Positions 58,115 through 64,000 of a stretch of 64,000 nt of DNA are shown here, one piece after another. Source of the DNA: the human T2T-CHM13v2.0 reference genome, Homo sapiens; NCBI RefSeq assembly GCF_009914755.1, contig NC_060928.1. One strand, written 5' to 3'. The notes below the pieces were generated by a model. It had not been told where the DNA came from. It did not search any database and saw only the letters and a program-made list of their open reading frames with translations. The position numbers and the translations under genes were made by a program. How positions within the stretch are numbered: position 1 is the first letter of the stretch; every line of letters starts with the position of its first letter.

Positions 58115-59148
58115 CCATTGGTTCTCAAATGAGGCTTTCTGTTCACTGTCTGTTATAATGTAAAATATTTTTAATAGATTAAGGACTTCAGATTAAAAAA
58201 AAGAAGAATTCCTAAACATCATCCCAGTTAACTGAATAAAAATCCTCAAAAATAAGACCTCTTACCTCTCTCCAACCCCTACACACACATACGCGCACAC
58301 ACAACACACACACACCAAAGACTTCATGTGATTCCAATGTAGCTAGCCTAGTCATTGGTATTTGTCATGATAGAGCTCATCACTAATAGGTCATTTCTTT
58401 TTGTGCTAGAAGCACCTTGTATATGTTATATATCTAGTTCAATGGTTCTCAATCTTGCCTACACAATATAATTACTTGAAGAGCTTTATAAATCCTAATG
58501 CTGAAGCTTTTTCCCAGAGCAATTACATCAGAATCACCAAGCATAGTAGCCACTATTTTTAATTTGTAAAGCTCCCCAGATGGTTGCAACGTGCATTTAA
58601 TTTTGAGACTGCTGATCTGTAGATAATAGTTTGCATTTTCTGCATCCTTCCTAATATATAATTATGTAGTCCAAAACCCAAACACTGCCTGGGAAGTATG
58701 TAGGCCAACCACGACTGTCCCACTTTGATGGAACATACAACTGAGGTTGACCATTTGGGGCCATACTATAATAACTCCTTTTTATTGAACTTCATGTTTA
58801 TTATATTTATTTCTTTAAAAAAGTGCAATCTAGTTATCATTATCCCAGTTTATAGACAAAGACACATCGTCTCCTGAGTCAGAGGGAACTGCCCAAATGA
58901 GTAACATGACCTGAGGCTGAGTGACACCGAAGCTTATGATAACTGCACAAAACCAGTGATTCTCAAAGTGTGGGCTCCAGACCAGCAGCATCAGCATCAC
59001 CTTGGAACTTGTAAAAAAGAAAATGCAAATTCTATGACCCAATCCCACCTCTACTAAGTCATAATCTTTCAAGATGGGGCCCAGGAATCTGTGTCTTGAC
59101 AAGCCCTTCAGGTGATTCTGAGGCTCCTTATAGGTGGACAGTGTACTG
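58115..59148. mobile_element. Cluster of three MER5-family elements (~58115-58350, 58435-58615, 58954-59148)
   Basis: Three ggttctcaa / gattctcaaag termini; accagcagcatcagcatcacc. Confidence 0.75.
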
Positions 59149-59859
59149 TATTCTGTCTCTATCAGCTGCTCACTTTTGAGACTCAGAATCTGGCAAGAGA
59201 CCTAAAAATGTGTGGGAGCCTCAGTGAGTAAGCCTGTGTGAGGGAGGAGATATTTCTCTCACTATCTTCCCTTCCTCTCATTTCCAATCTATATTAACAA
59301 TCTATGTTGAAAATGCTAGGGGATGTATCAGAGATACCATATGGGAAAAAATTGGTGGAGTTATGCTGGTCATATTTACTTGCAGGGGTGCCTGGCTATG
59401 TTGAGCTACTTTCACACAAGTGTGACCATTTTAATATGTTGACGAATGGTTTATCCTTTGAATCACAGTATGGAGAGTTTTAATAGTTTCATTAAAAATG
59501 AATATCCCAACTGTTTCCAGGGAAATGAGTTTGTGATCTTAAGGGCTTTGAGGTAATTGGTGTTTAGGGAACCAAGGCAGTTGGTTTGCTTTCTTGGATG
59601 GAAGCCGCTTCAGCTTACTACCATGCTGTAAAACCCAAGTGCTGCTGACCTGCTTAGTGTATTTCGGCTATGCTTAGGGTTCATTTATTAGAATTGTACA
59701 TTTGACTAGGGGGAAATAAAAATTAAAAGGCCACTTGTGTTTGATTTATGAGAGATGTCGATTAGTATTTTCTGAGCAAACTGTGAAGTCCTTTCTTTTA
59801 AAGAAGTATATAAAATAGGCCTTTGGCATATTCAGGTCTGATGGAAATTTGTCTCATGG

Positions 59860-60145
59860 GGCAGGGTGAGATGGGAGAAAGAGAAATCAATAAAGATAGA
59901 GAAGAGAAAAAAATAGAGGAAGAGGAGGATGGGGAAGAGCTGAAAGGAGACAATAATTCACAAGGGGAAGAGACAGAAGAGGTGAAAAAAAGGAAAGCAA
60001 GGAGGAGTGAAGAAATAAGAGGTGGGGTCAGAAGGATTAAAAAAGGGGAAAGAAAAGAGTTTGGGAAAATGGGGGAAGGAGAGAAAAGGAAGAAGAGAAG
60101 GACATATGGGCAACAAAAAATAACATAAAATAAAAAAAAATAAAG
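59860..60145. repeat. GA-rich low-complexity tract
   Basis: About 285 bp, strongly purine-biased on the plus strand. Confidence 0.9.
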
Positions 60146-62169
60146 CAATGAATGCAGACTTTGGAGCCTAGCAATTTATTGTGAAGTGCCACTTGTATTA
60201 GACATGCTGCAGAGATGCTGGCTCCAAAGATTAATGATGGCAGTAATCATGATTCCAATTTATAGCAAATGCAATGAAAGGCAGCCAGACCCCAAACAGA
60301 GAAACCCTACGGGGATGGCATTGGAATAATAACATAGCAGCAGTCGAGGAATACAGGGATGCTGAGAGATTGGATTCAGTTCTCCTGTGTTCAACAAACA
60401 TTCTGTATCTGATGTACAATCCAATGTTAAAAAGAAAAAAAAAGTCTGCTTATTACTAGATCTCTGAATTATAGCAAAGAAGTTTAGGTGTTCACATGAA
60501 CACATTTGAAGTTTTATTCTGTGATTCACCTCCTCTGAGCACTGACTTTTGGCCCAGATTGGTCTTTTACACCTCCTTTCCTTTCTGTCCTTGCTGCTCA
60601 GTGTTTTTCTGCTGCCAGTGGTCAATACCACTGTTTCATTGCAAATACCTGCTGTCTCTGAAGCCTGGAACCACTGCAGAATAGGCATAACTACTCATCC
60701 TCTTTCCTGGTTGTCAAAACCCTTTTCCCTTTATGCATGTTTATTTGTATGTATTGTCTTGATATATTACCTATCAGATTCCTTTAATCAGTGGTCTGTG
60801 TGTGTGGTGAGCACTCATCTCCATTATAATCTCCTCTGCCCCCACCTATTGCCACGAAGTCCTAGGTCTTTGCAGATGATCAAATTTTGGAGAAGAAACA
60901 AATTTACTCTGCATAATAGAGGGAGAAAAACTTAGAAAGCCCAGGGCAAGGAGAAGGGGCTGAGGAGCAGAAATGGGAGAAAGACAGACTCCATTCATTC
61001 AGACAGATGGTGGAAACTTGTGTGCAATGCGCATGCAGAAACCCTATAAAAATATTCTGCAGTGTCAACTACCGGTATGAATTCTCTGAGTAAATTGCTG
61101 TTGTGGATTCCAAAGAAGAGGTAGAGATTCATATCTAGTCTGCATAAGGTTGGACAAAGGCAGCAGTTGTGGTGGTCAGATGTGAAGAGGATGGCATTAG
61201 AAGAAATCCTTGGACATCACAGACTTCTACACGCACTGGAACTGGGGTTCTTAGGGGCTGGGTTTCAAAAGGATCAAAGCAATTTAATTTGGATCTCCAG
61301 GGGTGCCTGTAGCTACTTTGGTTTCCATATGTATAAGAACAAACTATATGTTGGGATGTGTATGCTATTTGATACATAAACATTTGATGCCTTTAAGGAT
61401 GAACTGTTTTCAGATAGATTCATGACAGCAAGTTTTCTCTCCCTATTCAGACCATAAGCTCCTTAAGGATAGAAGTGTATCTTCTCTGGCTTTTGAATAA
61501 CCTGCAGCATCTAGTTTAACCCTTAGCACATACAAAGTATTTGGTAAGAGACTGTGTCTCATAGTCAGCCTGGATCCACTCACTTTCTCTCATCCCACCC
61601 TCTGGGGTTTTCTGGGCTCTCATTCCCTTTTGAAGATGGTTCACCCAGGAGGGAGGGTCATCTGCACACCTGGATTGCAGAGAACCAGGTACAGTGATGA
61701 CCTACAGACACCTGTGGTTTACAGACATTGGCAGCATGGTTTTTTAAACTATAAAAGTTACAGTAATTATCCTCCAATTCCAGGAATGGAATCCCTTGAT
61801 AGGCCTCAATCTACATTCAAGATTCAAGTCAAGCACCAGCCTGTATTTAAAAACTAAGGAAACAATGGAAGTTTAATGAAATTATGTCATTATAGTTGAT
61901 GAAGAGAAAATATTTCAACCAAGAACTGAATTGAATAAAACTTTCTCAGAAACTCTTTGTTTAATGGGCAATCACAGTATGCCAGCATGGGTGTGCCACA
62001 GAGAATCAAAGTCCACAGATACTGATTATATTCCTATCTGGGAAGGATCAGTATGAAATATACATATGATGGGGCTCTCATAGAATGGGATATTTTCCCC
62101 CTTTTCCTCTCATTTCTCAATGCTCCTCTGGGAATTGTGTGAAGGTAAAGTCAAAAAGAAAGTTCTTAC

Positions 62170-62294
62170 ATTCTTAAATCCTCTGTAAAGGATCTGAAGC
62201 TCTTTCTTGGTAAATTTGCTCTGGGCTTCCAGAAGCTCAAGGGCTTCAGGCCGATGCCTGACGGTGGCCATCTCCAGTTCATCTTCCACGCTGT
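62170..62294 (-). CDS. KCNIP4: KCNIP4 (KChIP4) internal coding exon, 125 nt, first exon of the common core
   Basis: Translation (D)[41 protein letters not shown] is the recognisable KChIP4 sequence. Acceptor ctctttcttgttttcctccacag|ACAGC with cctaag about 25 nt upstream; donor AAT|gtaaga. Enters in phase 1 and exits in phase 0. Confidence 0.97.
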
Positions 62295-62659
62295 CTGTGG
62301 AGGAAAACAAGAAAGAGTCTTAGGACCAGCCACTGCTCACCGATGCTTACACAGAGCAACAAAGGAAAACGGAAGAACATGTCTGCTAATGTCTGTGACT
62401 GTCCACAGAGGAAGGACCCTCACAATGCCTATAAGGCCTTTACATTTCCCAGTTTAAGCGTATTAAGCTAAAACACTTGTATATGATTTTTTTGCATATT
62501 CTTGTCATTAATGTAGATATTACAACCCTAGCATTGTTTTAAGACAACAAAAAAGAGCACAGGAATTTATTTCAGATAATCAGTGGATTATATGATTACA
62601 TCAAACAAAAAGTTTAAGTAGCAATATATATTACTCTATAAATCTAACAGTAACATATA

Positions 62660-63321
62660 TTTCTTTTTTCCCCAACGTTTAAGTTCAGAGGTACATGTGC
62701 AGGATGTGCAGGTTTGTTACATGGGTAAACATGTGCCATGGTGGTTTGCTGCACAGATCATCCCATCGCCCAGGTATGAAGCCCAGCATCCATTAGCTGT
62801 TCTTCCTGATCCTCTCCCTCCCCCAACAGGTGCCCAGCATGTGTTGTTCCCTGGCAGTGTCCATGTGTTCTCATCAATCAGCTCCCACTTACAAGTGAGA
62901 ACATGCAGTGTTTGGTTTTCTGTTCCTGCATTAGTTTGCTGTAGAGAATGGCTTCCAACTCCATCTATGTGCCTGCAAATAAAATGATCTCTGTCCTTTT
63001 TATGGCTGCATAGTATTCCATGGTGTATATGTACCACATTTTCTTTATCCAGTCTATCATTGGTGGGCGGTTAGGTTGATTCTGTGACTTTCCTATTGTG
63101 AATAGTGCTGCAATGAACATATGCAGGCATGTATCTTTATAATAGAATGAATTATATTCCTTTGGGTATATACCCGGTAATGAGATTGCTGGGTCAAATG
63201 GTATTTCTGCCTCTAGGTCTTTGAGGAATCACCACACTACCTTCCACAATGGTTGAACTAATTCACACTCCCACCAACAGTGTAAAAGTTTCCCTTTTTC
63301 TCTACAACCTCACCAGCATCT
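62660..63321 (-). mobile_element. L1PA (about PA8-10) 3' end, 5'-truncated
   Basis: ggtacatgtgcaggatgtgcaggtttgttacatgggtaaac antisense L1PA 3' UTR. Confidence 0.93.
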
Positions 63322-63431
63322 CTAGCATTTTTAAGGTATAGTTAGAAAAACATAGAAGATCACAAATAGTCCAACCTGGAATTTGTTTCTATATAACAAC
63401 CACTAGTTATAAACAATGGAATTGTCATTTA

Positions 63432-64000
<569 letters not shown>

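Noticed and set aside
59798-60935. Overlapping 100-142 aa ORFs, one with a signal-peptide-like start
   Set aside because: Low complexity or hydrophobic by composition, mostly non-ATG starts, with no homology or splice support.
62295-62310. MFSST N-terminus of the listed 66-aa ORF
   Set aside because: It is the intronic polypyrimidine tract with a TTG start, not coding sequence.

Overview
Human or hominoid genomic DNA inside the minus-strand gene KCNIP4 (KChIP4, Kv4 channel-interacting protein). The only real coding feature is one 125-nt internal exon at 62170-62294 ([42 protein letters not shown]), with canonical AG/GT ends. I found no further KCNIP4 exon between 62169 and 1, so that stretch is part of one long intron, and 62295-64000 belongs to the preceding intron. 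The introns are dense with fossil transposons (Alu, L1, L2, MIR, MaLR/ERVL/ERV1 LTRs, hAT and mariner elements). Family names come from my recall of consensus sequences, not from a database search. The other listed ORFs look like chance or repeat-derived frames. I see no evidence of a new multi-gene system. The best observations are structural: a near-complete MaLR provirus holding a twin-primed L1 and a 43-bp fold-back hairpin, a candidate 135-nt poison exon, a microsatellite grown from L1 endonuclease codons, an LTR7C-like solo LTR, inverted Alu pairs, nested insertions and many short local duplications.
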